A program made the position numbers and the translations under genes. The notes beneath the pieces are model-generated. The model did no database searches, was not told the DNA's origin, and saw only the letters and a program-made list of their open reading frames with translations. Below are positions 1 through 8,253 of a stretch of 64,000 nt of DNA, piece after piece (positions within the stretch are counted from its first letter, which is position 1; each line of letters opens with the position of its first letter). The stretch comes from a bacterium (GTDB taxonomy: Bacteria; B130-G9). The stretch spans positions 65,189 to 129,188 of the forward strand of contig DATLAJ010000146.1 of the NCBI GenBank assembly GCA_035527515.1, written 5' to 3'.

Positions 1-816
1 ATTATACTCGCTCGGCATATTCAGAGGCGGCTGGACGACAATCTTCTGTCTGCCGCCGGGCAGGTTATACGCAAATGCCGGCGCCACCTTCGCTCCAGAC
101 CGAATGGCCAGTGCAGCGGGGCCTTTGGGGGTTGGGACCTGATAGCCGAAGAAATCAACGAAAACGCCGCCCTTCCTGGCCTCCTCATCCATTATCAGGC
201 AAATCACCTCGCCATTTTTGAGGCGACTCAGGCATTCCCTGAACGATGCCCACCGCGGACTCCGGTCGATCGGATGCATCCCAAAGACCTCTTGGCACCC
301 CTTGATGACCATGGCGGCGGTCTGGGGGTCCTGTGGCATGTTGATCACCGCCGAAAACGGGAAGTCCTCCAACGCAAGTCTGAGACACAGCATCATAAAA
401 TTGCCGAAGTGTGCGCTGAGAACTACGACTCCCCTGCCCCTGCTAACGGCGCTCTTGATGTGCTCCAGGCCCTCCACCTGCACTATATCGGCGGCGAGAT
501 GCGGATGACCGACAATCCACAGGAGCTCCAGCACGTTCCTCGCCAAGTTGCGAGCGACCTGCTTGCACATTCGGATTCGCTCAGGCTCCGATAGATCCGG
601 CAGAGCAAGTCTCATGTTGTCAAGCGCACGCCGCCAATCGCTCTTTGTCACGTGCCAAGCAATACTGCCCGACCGGTCTGAAAGTCGCTCGATCCATCCC
701 AATGGGAATCGAGGGATCAAGAGCAAGGCCGCCCTGAGCAACTGCCGCCCTGTCCAAAACTTCGCCGCGCGGGTTAGCCGCTTGCGGGCCTTCCTAAACC
801 GCTTTCTCAATCGCAT
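1..816 (-). CDS. Lipid A biosynthesis acyltransferase, LpxL/HtrB/MsbB family (lysophospholipid acyltransferase). Partial: the C-terminus runs off the window start.
   Basis: Manual minus-strand translation gives MRLRKRFRKARKRL...PLGWIERLSDRSGSIAWHVTKSDWRRALDNMRLALPDLSEPERIRMCKQVARNLARNVLELLWIVGHPHL...VVVLSAHFGNFMM...GEVICLIMDEEARKGGVFVDFFGYQVPTPKGPAALAIRSGAKV. The HFGN(W/F)E-type acyltransferase motif and overall colinearity with E. coli LpxL are clear. The ORF is absent from the supplied track because it has no in-window stop. ATG is at 816-814, preceded by an in-frame TAG. Confidence 0.7.
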   Translation of the reverse strand, partial: MRLRKRFRKARKRLTRAAKFWTGRQLLRAALLLIPRFPLGWIERLSDRSGSIAWHVTKSDWRRALDNMRLALPDLSEPERIRMCKQVARNLARNVLELLWIVGHPHLAADIVQVEGLEHIKSAVSRGRGVVVLSAHFGNFMMLCLRLALEDFPFSAVINMPQDPQTAAMVIKGCQEVFGMHPIDRSPRWASFRECLSRLKNGEVICLIMDEEARKGGVFVDFFGYQVPTPKGPAALAIRSGAKVAPAFAYNLPGGRQKIVVQPPLNMPSEYN

Positions 817-1139
817 CAGTGCCTCGGCGAGGCCCGTCTATGCAAAACAGCGCTTACCATCAAGCTTGCACGGTGAGCGACAACCTGTCGATCTTGCCCA
901 TCTTCGTCCTCGGCAAAGTCTCACGGAACTCGATCTGGCAGCTCTTTGTTCGTTACCGGCCTGTCATCCGCGAGCACCGCAAGCTTGTCTGGAACATCAC
1001 CTGCCGTCTCGATTAAACATTTCCCCGGATGCATAACTGTTCCCTTCAACTCTCACCAATTGGAAACGCAGACATTACTATAGCCGTATATTACTATAAT
1101 AGGTGTTGCGCTGGCAAGAACACACAAAGGCCCCGATAA

Positions 1140-1445
1140 TCAGATTGATCGTTTCTGAAGTTGAGCTCTGAAGCTGGCTGCCACGTGGGCACGGGAGTTC
1201 ATGTCGACGGCCGAGTTGCTGCCTCTTTCAGCTAACGGGTGCGAACGAGGGGTGCAGGCTGCAAATCCCCGAAAGGGGATACCGTGGGTAGCCGTGCGTG
1301 CAACGCAACGGGGAGGTTAGAAAGGGGGATTGTGGCTCCATTCGGACCGTCAGGCTACGCCTGCGGCTACCCATGGTCTGCCCTTCGGGCACGAGCTTCT
1401 GCCCTCCATCCGCGAGGGAGCCGCAACGCAACAGCCACGGCCACC
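1140..1445 (+). ncRNA. Candidate structured ncRNA of unknown class in an otherwise gene-free 630-bp interval.
   Basis: On the + strand: CCCC-GAAA-GGGG (GNRA tetraloop hairpin, about 1272-1283). GCCC-UUCG-GGC (UUCG tetraloop, about 1381-1391). A 10-bp long-range pairing UGGGUAGCCG (1288-1297) with CGGCUACCCA (1366-1375). A CAGGC-UAC-GCCUG hairpin. A direct repeat GCAACGCAAC at about 1303 and 1426. No convincing protein ORF; the 124-aa track ORF at 1239..1613 is low-complexity and overlaps etfA. Confidence 0.2.
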
Positions 1446-1448
1446 GCG

Positions 1449-2642
1449 TCAGAGACGGCGTTTAAGCCGCTCCGTAAACCTCGGAACCACTTGAAACAGA
1501 TCACCTACAATGCCGTACGTAGCGACTTTGAATATGGGCGCCTCCGGGTCCTTGTTGATGGCGACGATGACATCGGAGGTCCGCATCCCGGCAAGGTGCT
1601 GTATTGCGCCTGATATCCCGCACGCAACGTAGAGCTTTGGCCGCACTGTCTTGCCAGTCTGGCCGACCTGGTGCGGATACGGTATCCAGCCCGCATCGAC
1701 CGCCGCTCGCGAGGCGCCAACCACGCCGCCCAGCGCCTTAGCAAGGTTCCTAATGACGCTGAAGTTCTCCGGCTTGCCGAGACCACGTCCACCGGACACA
1801 ATGACGTCAGCATCGACGAGGTTGACGTTCTCTTGCTCGCTCTTGATAAACTCAAGGACGGTAGTAAGGATCTCACCATCCTCGATCGCAAGCTCCTCTC
1901 GTATCAGCTCACCCGTCATCGTCTCGTCCGGCGTTGGCATCTCCATAACCTTCGGCCGAACGGTCGCCATCTGTGGCCTTCGCCTTTCGCACCTTATCTG
2001 CGCCATTATGTTCCCGCCGAACGCCGGGCGCGTCTGGACCATGTTCCGCCCGTCATCCGCGATGTGAAGGCCCGTGCAATCCGCCGTCAACCCAGTCTCA
2101 AGCCTCGTTGCCAGAGCGCCGGCAAGGTCCCTGCCGCAAGTCGTCCCGCCAATGAGCACAATCTCTGGCCTGTATTTCTGAATGAGAGAGACAAACGCCC
2201 GAGCAAACGGCGCCGTCCTATACAACGACAGCCGGTCATCCTCAACCAAATAGACGCGCTCCGCCCCGTAGTGAAAAAGAGGCCCAGCGAGGTCAGCAAC
2301 TTCGTGACCCAGCAAGACCGCGCACAGCCGGCACGAGAGCCGGTCGGCAAGCTCTCGCCCCTTGCCCAAGAGCTCAAACGTAACATTGGCTATGCGGCCA
2401 CTCTCCTGCTCGCAGAAAATCCAAACATCCCTGTAGTCCTCCACACGCATCCCCTCGAGGCGCTCCCCCACGGGGATCGAGAGGGCGTCAACCGGGCACA
2501 CGGAGATGCACGCGCCGCAGTCATTACAGGCCTCCGAGACTACTGCCACACCGTCAACAACGCTCAGCGCCGAAAATGGGCACGAATCGATGCAGAGACC
2601 GCAGCCCGTGCAAAGCTCAGTATCTATCCTCAATTGGCCCAA
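1449..2642 (-). CDS. etfA: Electron transfer flavoprotein alpha subunit with an N-terminal 2x[4Fe-4S] ferredoxin domain.
   Basis: N-terminus MGQLRIDTELCTGCGLCIDSCPF...CNDCGACISVCP carries two CxxCxxCxxxCP motifs. It is followed by an EtfA/FixB-like FAD-binding domain (LIGGTTCGRD...VSGGRGLG...LYVACGISGAIQHLAGM). It lies 13 nt downstream of etfB. Confidence 0.85.
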   Translation of the reverse strand: MGQLRIDTELCTGCGLCIDSCPFSALSVVDGVAVVSEACNDCGACISVCPVDALSIPVGERLEGMRVEDYRDVWIFCEQESGRIANVTFELLGKGRELADRLSCRLCAVLLGHEVADLAGPLFHYGAERVYLVEDDRLSLYRTAPFARAFVSLIQKYRPEIVLIGGTTCGRDLAGALATRLETGLTADCTGLHIADDGRNMVQTRPAFGGNIMAQIRCERRRPQMATVRPKVMEMPTPDETMTGELIREELAIEDGEILTTVLEFIKSEQENVNLVDADVIVSGGRGLGKPENFSVIRNLAKALGGVVGASRAAVDAGWIPYPHQVGQTGKTVRPKLYVACGISGAIQHLAGMRTSDVIVAINKDPEAPIFKVATYGIVGDLFQVVPRFTERLKRRL

Positions 2643-2655
2643 TTATCTCTACCTC

Positions 2656-3450
2656 TCATACTAAGCCGTCTGCACCAAGCTTCTGCATCAGCTTCTCCAC
2701 GGCCTCGTCAACCCCGCCTTCTAGTATCTCGCCGCCGGAGCGAATCGGCGGAGTGAAGACTCTCTCAACCCACGTCGCAGACCCGCCAAGGCCAATCCGG
2801 GAAGCATCAGCCTGGATATCCTCCGCGCCCCAATGGGGAAGCTGTTTCCGGCTGGCTTTTCTTATTCCCAGAAGCGAGGGATACCTTGGCTGGTTGATGT
2901 CCTTGACCACCGTCAATAGCGCCGGCAGGCGTCCCCGAACCGCCTCAACACAGCCCTCGAGCATCCGGTGGACGGAAACAGCTCTACCCTCCAGGTCCAA
3001 CTCCACAACCTTGCAGACATAGGTCAGCTGCGAAAGCCCAAGCCGCGTCGCAATACCCGGACCTACCTGCGCCGTGTCTCCATCAATCGCCTGCTTACCG
3101 CAAATCACCAGGTCAAAATCGCCAATCTTCTTAATCGCACGCGACAGCACGTAGGACGTCGCAAGAGTGTCCGAACCTGCAAAACACGGATCATTGAGCA
3201 AGACCGCCTCGTTCGCACCCATTGCCAAAGCTTGTTTCAGCGCCTTCTCGGCCTGAGATGGACCCATGCTAACGACCCAGACGTCCCCACCAAAACGCTC
3301 CCGCAACAGCAGCGCCTCCTCAATCGCATACTCATCGAAGGGATTGATGACTGCCTCCGCCGCCTCACGATTGAGGGTGTTGTCCTCGGGATTTATGGTG
3401 ATTTCCGAGGCAGATTCAGGAACCTGCTTCACACAAACAATTGTTCTCAT
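2656..3450 (-). CDS. etfB: Electron transfer flavoprotein beta subunit.
   Basis: MRTIVCVKQVPESASEITINPEDNTLNREAAEAVINPFDEYAIEEALLLRE..VWVVSMGP is a typical EtfB N-terminus. Operonic with etfA. Confidence 0.85.
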   Translation of the reverse strand: MRTIVCVKQVPESASEITINPEDNTLNREAAEAVINPFDEYAIEEALLLRERFGGDVWVVSMGPSQAEKALKQALAMGANEAVLLNDPCFAGSDTLATSYVLSRAIKKIGDFDLVICGKQAIDGDTAQVGPGIATRLGLSQLTYVCKVVELDLEGRAVSVHRMLEGCVEAVRGRLPALLTVVKDINQPRYPSLLGIRKASRKQLPHWGAEDIQADASRIGLGGSATWVERVFTPPIRSGGEILEGGVDEAVEKLMQKLGADGLV

Positions 3451-3589
3451 AACAAACTAACCTATGGTTTGATAGGGACAGCGAAAGGCCACGCAAAGAT
3501 ATACGACGCTCGCAATCCCGTCAAGGAAAACACTAGCCAAGCATGATCAGATTGAGCCAAGCTGTATTATTGTGGGCCCCATCGAATGT

Positions 3590-3712
3590 CTGAACGTTTG
3601 CAGACTGTCCGGTTCCGTGTTATTCTTCTCTGGGTTGGTTTTCTGGGTATTGTTGCGCTTCAATTATAGGGCACAGCGCAGATAACACTAACCCCTAAAA
3701 AGGGAGAGAGCC
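3590..3712 (+). promoter_or_regulatory. Conserved leader/promoter block shared with the paralogous locus at 34841-34960.
   Basis: Near-identical string cggttccgtgttaYtcTcttttgg.ttgg.ttct..gtattSttgcRcttcRat.a.agggcacWgcgcagataacRctaacccc.aaaaagggaRRgagccATGAGAACAGC at both loci. It contains a -35-like TTGCRC, an A/T-rich -10 region and an AAGGGAGRG Shine-Dalgarno sequence. Confidence 0.45.
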
Positions 3713-5314
3713 ATGAGAACAGCGGTTGTTGTATCTATTATCCTTGCAGCCTTTGCGATGCTGCCTATGGTAGTTCTGGCGCAGCCAACGGTAACTATCT
3801 CCACGGACGACGATACATATCAATCCGGTGACACGATCGAGGTGAGTCTGTCCGCCCAGAACTTCGACGACGCCATGAGTGTGGCAGTGTATATTGGCCT
3901 GTTGGGTTCTGATGGTGACATATATACGTTGCAGTTCGAGGGCTGGAGCGACCGGATTGAGCCGTGGATACCTGAGATTTGGGTCCCATGTCGCTTCAAC
4001 ATGAACTGCACGGCCTACTGGTGGTTCGATGTGCCGTGCCTCATGCCGCCGATTGTGGACGAAGCCCTGTATCATTTCGTTGCTGGACTCACGCGCTCCG
4101 GGACGTTTGAGTTCGTCTGCGATATAAGCTATGCGCCGTTCGAGGTTCGGTATGGCCCTCCGACGGACTGCTATGTGGATGCAGAGGACGGAGACGACTC
4201 GAATGACGGCTCAGAAGGCGCTCCCTGGCAGACCATCACGCATGGATTGGACTCCGTGACAGGAACAGAGGACTATCCGGTGACGATCCACGTTGGTGCC
4301 GGCACCTATGCTGAGAGTACTAATGGTGAGACGTTCCCGCTAAGCATGGAGAGCTGGGTGTCCCTGTCTGGCGAGCACCGAGACACGACAGTTCTGGACG
4401 CTGAAGGCCAAGCTTACCATGTGATCTCGTGCGAAGATGTAAACAACTTCACTATCGAGAATCTGACGATATCTGGTGGGAAAGCCGAGGGCCCATCAAA
4501 CAGTGATCAGTCGGGAGGTGGAATAGCATGTTCGTTCAGTTCCCCGACAATTTCAAACAATAGGATCACTGGCAACCTGGCAGCCTACGGTGCGGGGATA
4601 TACTGCTGGGAGAGTTCACCGACGATTTCAAACAACAAGATCACCGCAAACAGGGCAAGAGATGATTGGGCATATTTGGCGGGCTATGGTGGCGGGATAT
4701 ACTACCGCAACAGTTCGCCGATAATCGCAAACAACAGGATCAGTGGCAATTGGGCGACGTATTATGGTGGTGGGATAGACTGCACGTCTAGTTCAGCCGC
4801 AATCTCAAATAACAGGATTAGCTGGAACACGGCCGATAGCGGTGGAGGTATTTGCTGCAAAGATGGTTCAGCGGCGATTCTAAACAACACGTTTATAGGC
4901 AACAGAGCCACCGTTGGTGCCGGAATATGCTCCTGCAATAACAGTTCACTGGATATTGAAAGTAATACTATCGTTTGGAACATGGCAAGAGATGGTGGCG
5001 GGATAGTGTGCAAGGAGGACAGTTCGGCAGCGATAATCGACTGCATCATCTGGGGCAATGGCGACGACCTGTTTAACTGTTCGGCGAGCTATTGTTGCAT
5101 ACAGGACAGCGATTCAGGCACTGGCAACATCTCCGACTACCCGATGTTCGGCATCGGCCCGTTGGGCGATTACTACCTCGATCCTGACAGCCCGTGCATT
5201 GACACCGGAAGTCAATCCGCCAGCGCAGCGGGGCTTTCAAATCGCACGACGCAGGCGGACGGCACGCCCGACACGGGCACGGTCGATATGGGATTCCACT
5301 ACCCTATTCCGTGA
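3713..5314 (+). CDS. Secreted right-handed parallel β-helix repeat protein (pectate-lyase/NosD-like fold) with a C-terminal choice-of-anchor-like DxDSPCID....DMGxHY motif. Paralog 1.
   Basis: Signal peptide MRTAVVVSIILAAFAMLPMVVLA. Tandem about 22-aa repeats NNRITGN.A..GGGIYC..SSPTISNN. C-terminus DYYLDPDSPCIDTGS...DMGFHYPIP. Strong SD upstream. Confidence 0.75.
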   Translation: MRTAVVVSIILAAFAMLPMVVLAQPTVTISTDDDTYQSGDTIEVSLSAQNFDDAMSVAVYIGLLGSDGDIYTLQFEGWSDRIEPWIPEIWVPCRFNMNCTAYWWFDVPCLMPPIVDEALYHFVAGLTRSGTFEFVCDISYAPFEVRYGPPTDCYVDAEDGDDSNDGSEGAPWQTITHGLDSVTGTEDYPVTIHVGAGTYAESTNGETFPLSMESWVSLSGEHRDTTVLDAEGQAYHVISCEDVNNFTIENLTISGGKAEGPSNSDQSGGGIACSFSSPTISNNRITGNLAAYGAGIYCWESSPTISNNKITANRARDDWAYLAGYGGGIYYRNSSPIIANNRISGNWATYYGGGIDCTSSSAAISNNRISWNTADSGGGICCKDGSAAILNNTFIGNRATVGAGICSCNNSSLDIESNTIVWNMARDGGGIVCKEDSSAAIIDCIIWGNGDDLFNCSASYCCIQDSDSGTGNISDYPMFGIGPLGDYYLDPDSPCIDTGSQSASAAGLSNRTTQADGTPDTGTVDMGFHYPIP

Positions 5315-5339
5315 GCAGTTGGCGGTAGGCAGTTGGCTC

Positions 5340-5790
5340 TAGGGGAAAGAAGGTAGGCGTTGGCTGGCCCAGATTCCCCCGAATGAATTCGGGGGCTAGG
5401 ATTATGGTAGCCTCTTGCATCGCCTCGGCTGAAGCCGGGCGATGAGGTGCTGCCACATGCTTGCGCGCCTTTCTCCGAATCACCGTATTTTAATGCGGTG
5501 ATATAAATAGCTCTGATTATCGCAACACCCGAATTCATTCGGGTGGCCTGAAGATGCATCTGCGCCCCCTCCTCCTTCCCCAGAATCCTCATCTGAACGG
5601 ATATAGAGGAGGGTGTCCGGCTGCCCTAGATCCCCCGAATGAATTCGGGGGCTAGGACAATAATAGCCTTCTATATCGCCTCGGCTGAAGCCGGGCGATG
5701 AGCCTTGCCGGGTGCCGCTTGCGCCGGGCGGTGAGGTAGCGCCTGCCTGAGCTCGCCTGAGCCATTCACAAGGCTGCTGTTATCGAGTAT
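5340..5790. repeat. Composite palindromic repeat cluster, family 1 (modules X-Y-Z-X), between convergent gene ends.
   Basis: Module X holds hairpin CCCCCGAAT-GA-ATTCGGGGG plus CATCGCC-tcggctgaagccgg-GCGATG (5368-5455 and 5625-5705). Module Y holds ATCACCG-tattttaatg-CGGTGAT plus CACCCGAAT-tc-ATTCGGGTG (5470-5560). Module Z holds CCCTCCTC...GAGGAGGG. The same modules recur at 27475-27850. Confidence 0.7.
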
Positions 5791-5819
5791 AGAGCGATAC
5801 GTCCTGCAAATGCCACTCT

Positions 5820-6116
5820 TCAGAGCTTGCTCTTGACCGCAGCAACCTTGCCATCCATCGTCAGCTGCTTGTCGCGACGCTCGTCTATCTTGATCGTGGT
5901 GGCCACACGCACAACCTCGTCGGAGAAGAGCGAGCTGTGCATCTTGCCCGCAACCGCAAGGACCTCGTCGAGCTCGCCCTCAATGACGGTCGCCATCGGC
6001 GTCAGCTGATACTTAAGCCCGCTTTCATTCAGCACACGCAGGCTTTTGGCGACGAACCGGCTGAGGCTGGGGGACCCCGTGCCTAACGGAACAACTGTTA
6101 CAGAGCAGACTACCAT
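5820..6116 (-). CDS. MTH1187/YkoF-family small protein (UPF0045; putative thiamine/HMP-binding).
   Basis: 98 aa: MVVCSVTVVPLGTGSPSLSRFVAKSLRVLNESGLKYQLTPMATVIEGELDEVLAVAGKMH. Size and pattern fit the MTH1187/YkoF fold. Lies in a thiamine gene neighbourhood. Confidence 0.55.
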   Translation of the reverse strand: MVVCSVTVVPLGTGSPSLSRFVAKSLRVLNESGLKYQLTPMATVIEGELDEVLAVAGKMHSSLFSDEVVRVATTIKIDERRDKQLTMDGKVAAVKSKL

Positions 6117-6203
6117 CTGCGACTCCTCCTTTCTGGGAGATCAGTCATCAATTTGATACGTGATCAGAATCATACCACAACAGGCAACCGGGCGAGACTA
6201 CGG

Positions 6204-7049
6204 TCAGACACACTCTAAAATGAACTGCCGAACCGCGGAGTGGTCAATGAGCCGCGACCTTTGGCCCTCAAGTTCGAGGGACGTGAGGATCGCCTTCTCG
6301 GTCAGGAATTTGGCCTTCGTTGCAGCTTCACGGAGACCCTTGCCGAGCACGAGCAGCGAGAGCAGGGACGCGGAGTAGAAACAGCCAGTCCCATGGACGG
6401 AAACCTTCTCGACCGACGAGGCGAGCCCGGTCTGGCCCGGGATGAAGTAGCCTTCGGAGCCATCAAAGAAAAAGTCCTCACCGCCAAAGCGCCCGCTGCC
6501 AGTGATCACAACGGACTTGGGACCCATTTGGCAGAGCCTTTTGGCGCAATCGTGGACGTCCGCTCGGCTCTTGATTGTCCGCCTAGCGAGAAGGCCGGCC
6601 TCATCGATGTTGGGCGTGATGACGTCTGCCATAAGAAAAAGATTCTCGCTCATCGCAAGCCTTCCACGAGGCGTTATCAATTGCTTGCCGTCCGATGAAT
6701 GGAGGACCGGGTCCACGATGAGAATGCCCTCGAACCGACTTCTCAGCGCGCTCGAGAGCACGTCGATAGCTGCCTCGTCGCAGAGAAGCCCCGTCTTGAT
6801 GCCCAGCACCTTACATGAACCGAGCATTGTCTCGAGCGACCTCCGCATCCGCCCAGCGCTACAGCACGACACCTCCAGGACCGAATCTGGCGTCTGAACA
6901 GTGATCGCCGTGGGAACGCCAAGGCCATAAAGGTCGAAAAGCTCGAACGTCTTGATGTCTGCCAAAAGTCCCGCACCGGCGGTGTTGTCCAGTCCCGCAA
7001 AAGAGAGGACACAGCGCTTGCCCGCCGCGCCGCGATCGGTTTCCGGCAT
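6204..7049 (-). CDS. thiD: Hydroxymethylpyrimidine/phosphomethylpyrimidine kinase.
   Basis: CVLSFAGLDNTAGAGLLADIKTF...DPVLHSSDGKQL...ADVITPNIDEAGLL...VVITGSG...VHGTGC is the ThiD/PdxK ribokinase-like signature. The track ORF extends to 7208, but that arginine-rich N-terminus overlaps mscS. The start was chosen at the internal Met (MPETDRG), 14 nt after the mscS stop. Confidence 0.8.
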   Translation of the reverse strand: MPETDRGAAGKRCVLSFAGLDNTAGAGLLADIKTFELFDLYGLGVPTAITVQTPDSVLEVSCCSAGRMRRSLETMLGSCKVLGIKTGLLCDEAAIDVLSSALRSRFEGILIVDPVLHSSDGKQLITPRGRLAMSENLFLMADVITPNIDEAGLLARRTIKSRADVHDCAKRLCQMGPKSVVITGSGRFGGEDFFFDGSEGYFIPGQTGLASSVEKVSVHGTGCFYSASLLSLLVLGKGLREAATKAKFLTEKAILTSLELEGQRSRLIDHSAVRQFILECV

Positions 7050-7062
7050 GTCGGTCGGCACG

Positions 7063-8034
7063 TCAGGACTGGGCCTTGCCCCGTTTCCCTGAGCCCTGTC
7101 CATCTTCACTCGAGGAATCGCCTCGCCTCGGCGCCTGCCTCTCGATCTCGCCCCGGCTGTAGTATCGCACGGTAGGATACGCAAGCTCGATGTCGTCGTG
7201 CTCCGCAAACCTTGAGAGTATCTCCTCCCACAATTGGTGCTCGGTTGTCCTACGCTCCCTGGGCCGCGTCAGGTAGCGGATTGTCAGCCTAACGCCGTTG
7301 TCCTGAACCTTGATATAGACAATCGGCGTCAGATTGCGGAAGAATATCATGTAGCGCTGTGCCGCCTTCTTGAGCTGTCTCCTGGCGTCCTGCGACGTGT
7401 CGGCGAGCACGCGGGTCGCTATTTCTTCAAGAATCGACTTGACCTTCTGCCACTTGCTCTCGAAGGTGATAACGACAGAAAGCTCGTTCCATATATAATT
7501 GAAGTCCTTTGTGTAGTTCGCGAGTGGCTCGGTGAGGACCTTGCCGTTAGGCACGTGGATGAGCCGCCCGGAGCTCTGGTCCGCGTCAACCCAGTTGCCC
7601 ACCTCAATTAGCGTGAACTCGAACAGCCTGATATCGATGACGTCGCCAGCATGGCCCGAGACCTCGATCCTGTCCCCCACTCTGAACAGCCGCCTTGAGT
7701 GGATTAACAGCCAACCGGCCATATTTGCGACTAGGTCTTTCAGTGCAAGCACAAGGGCTGCCGCCACTAGCCCCAGAAGCGTCGCTACTGAATGAAACGT
7801 GTCCGACCAGAGCCAGGCCAGCAGCACTATGACTAACACCGTAACCAGAGACGTTGTTCTCCGACGCCAGATGTAGGCCACAGTCGTGTCGGTAACACGC
7901 TGGTGTATTAGACTGAGAACAAGCATCCGCAGCAAGACAAAAACGGCGATCAAGATGATCGATACGAGGACCTTGCCCTGAGGGGAGGCCCGCAAGCACC
8001 ACCAATTGAACGCGTCCGAGATCATCTGACCCAC
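7063..8034 (-). CDS. Small-conductance mechanosensitive channel, MscS family.
   Basis: Three N-terminal TM helices, then LFRVGDRIEVSGHAGDVIDIRLFEFTLIEVGNWVDADQSSGRLIHVPN (MscS β-domain signature). 323 aa. Confidence 0.75.
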   Translation of the reverse strand: MGQMISDAFNWWCLRASPQGKVLVSIILIAVFVLLRMLVLSLIHQRVTDTTVAYIWRRRTTSLVTVLVIVLLAWLWSDTFHSVATLLGLVAAALVLALKDLVANMAGWLLIHSRRLFRVGDRIEVSGHAGDVIDIRLFEFTLIEVGNWVDADQSSGRLIHVPNGKVLTEPLANYTKDFNYIWNELSVVITFESKWQKVKSILEEIATRVLADTSQDARRQLKKAAQRYMIFFRNLTPIVYIKVQDNGVRLTIRYLTRPRERRTTEHQLWEEILSRFAEHDDIELAYPTVRYYSRGEIERQAPRRGDSSSEDGQGSGKRGKAQS

Positions 8035-8253
8035 CGGTACTACGGCCTCTTCATCACAAGATGCGTTGGTTGCTCAGACACCTATAAATCGCCAACTGAC
8101 CTCCCACCACTCGGCAGGTACCTCACGCTCCAAGACCGTGCCAGATAACGAAAACAGAAAGCCGCAATGAGAGGCACAGAGCACTGGATACCCGATCTCG
8201 CACGCCAGACTTGTCCAGCTCCCTGATGCGGTCCCGCACAATGCAGGAGCAAC

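Noticed and set aside
548-1036. Track ORFs 548..1036(+), 274..594(+), 218..508(+) and 185..388(-).
   Set aside because: All lie inside, on the opposite strand to, or out of frame with the clearly homologous LpxL-family acyltransferase that I translated on the minus strand (<1..816). These are typical high-GC antisense ORFs.
1030-1448. Attempted assignment of the structured intergenic region to RNase P RNA, SRP RNA, tmRNA, 6S RNA, or a cobalamin/TPP riboswitch.
   Set aside because: None of the universally conserved blocks is present on either strand. These are AGGAAAGUCCGGGCUCC / ACAGAACCCGGCUUA for RNase P, GGUCCGGAAGGAAGCAGC for SRP, and GGUUCGAUUCC T-loop for tmRNA. Kept only as an unclassified ncRNA candidate.
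1505-2756. Track ORFs 1671..2756(+, 361 aa), 1505..1891(-), 1651..2067(+) and 2087..2386(-) overlapping etfA/etfB.
   Set aside because: Low-complexity Arg/Pro/Ser-rich translations with no family resemblance. The EtfA and EtfB frames explain the region.
5340-5790. CRISPR array interpretation of the repeat clusters (families 1 and 2).
   Set aside because: Units are internally palindromic, heterogeneous in sequence and length, and alternate between different module types. There are no uniform direct repeats with unique equal-length spacers and no cas genes nearby.
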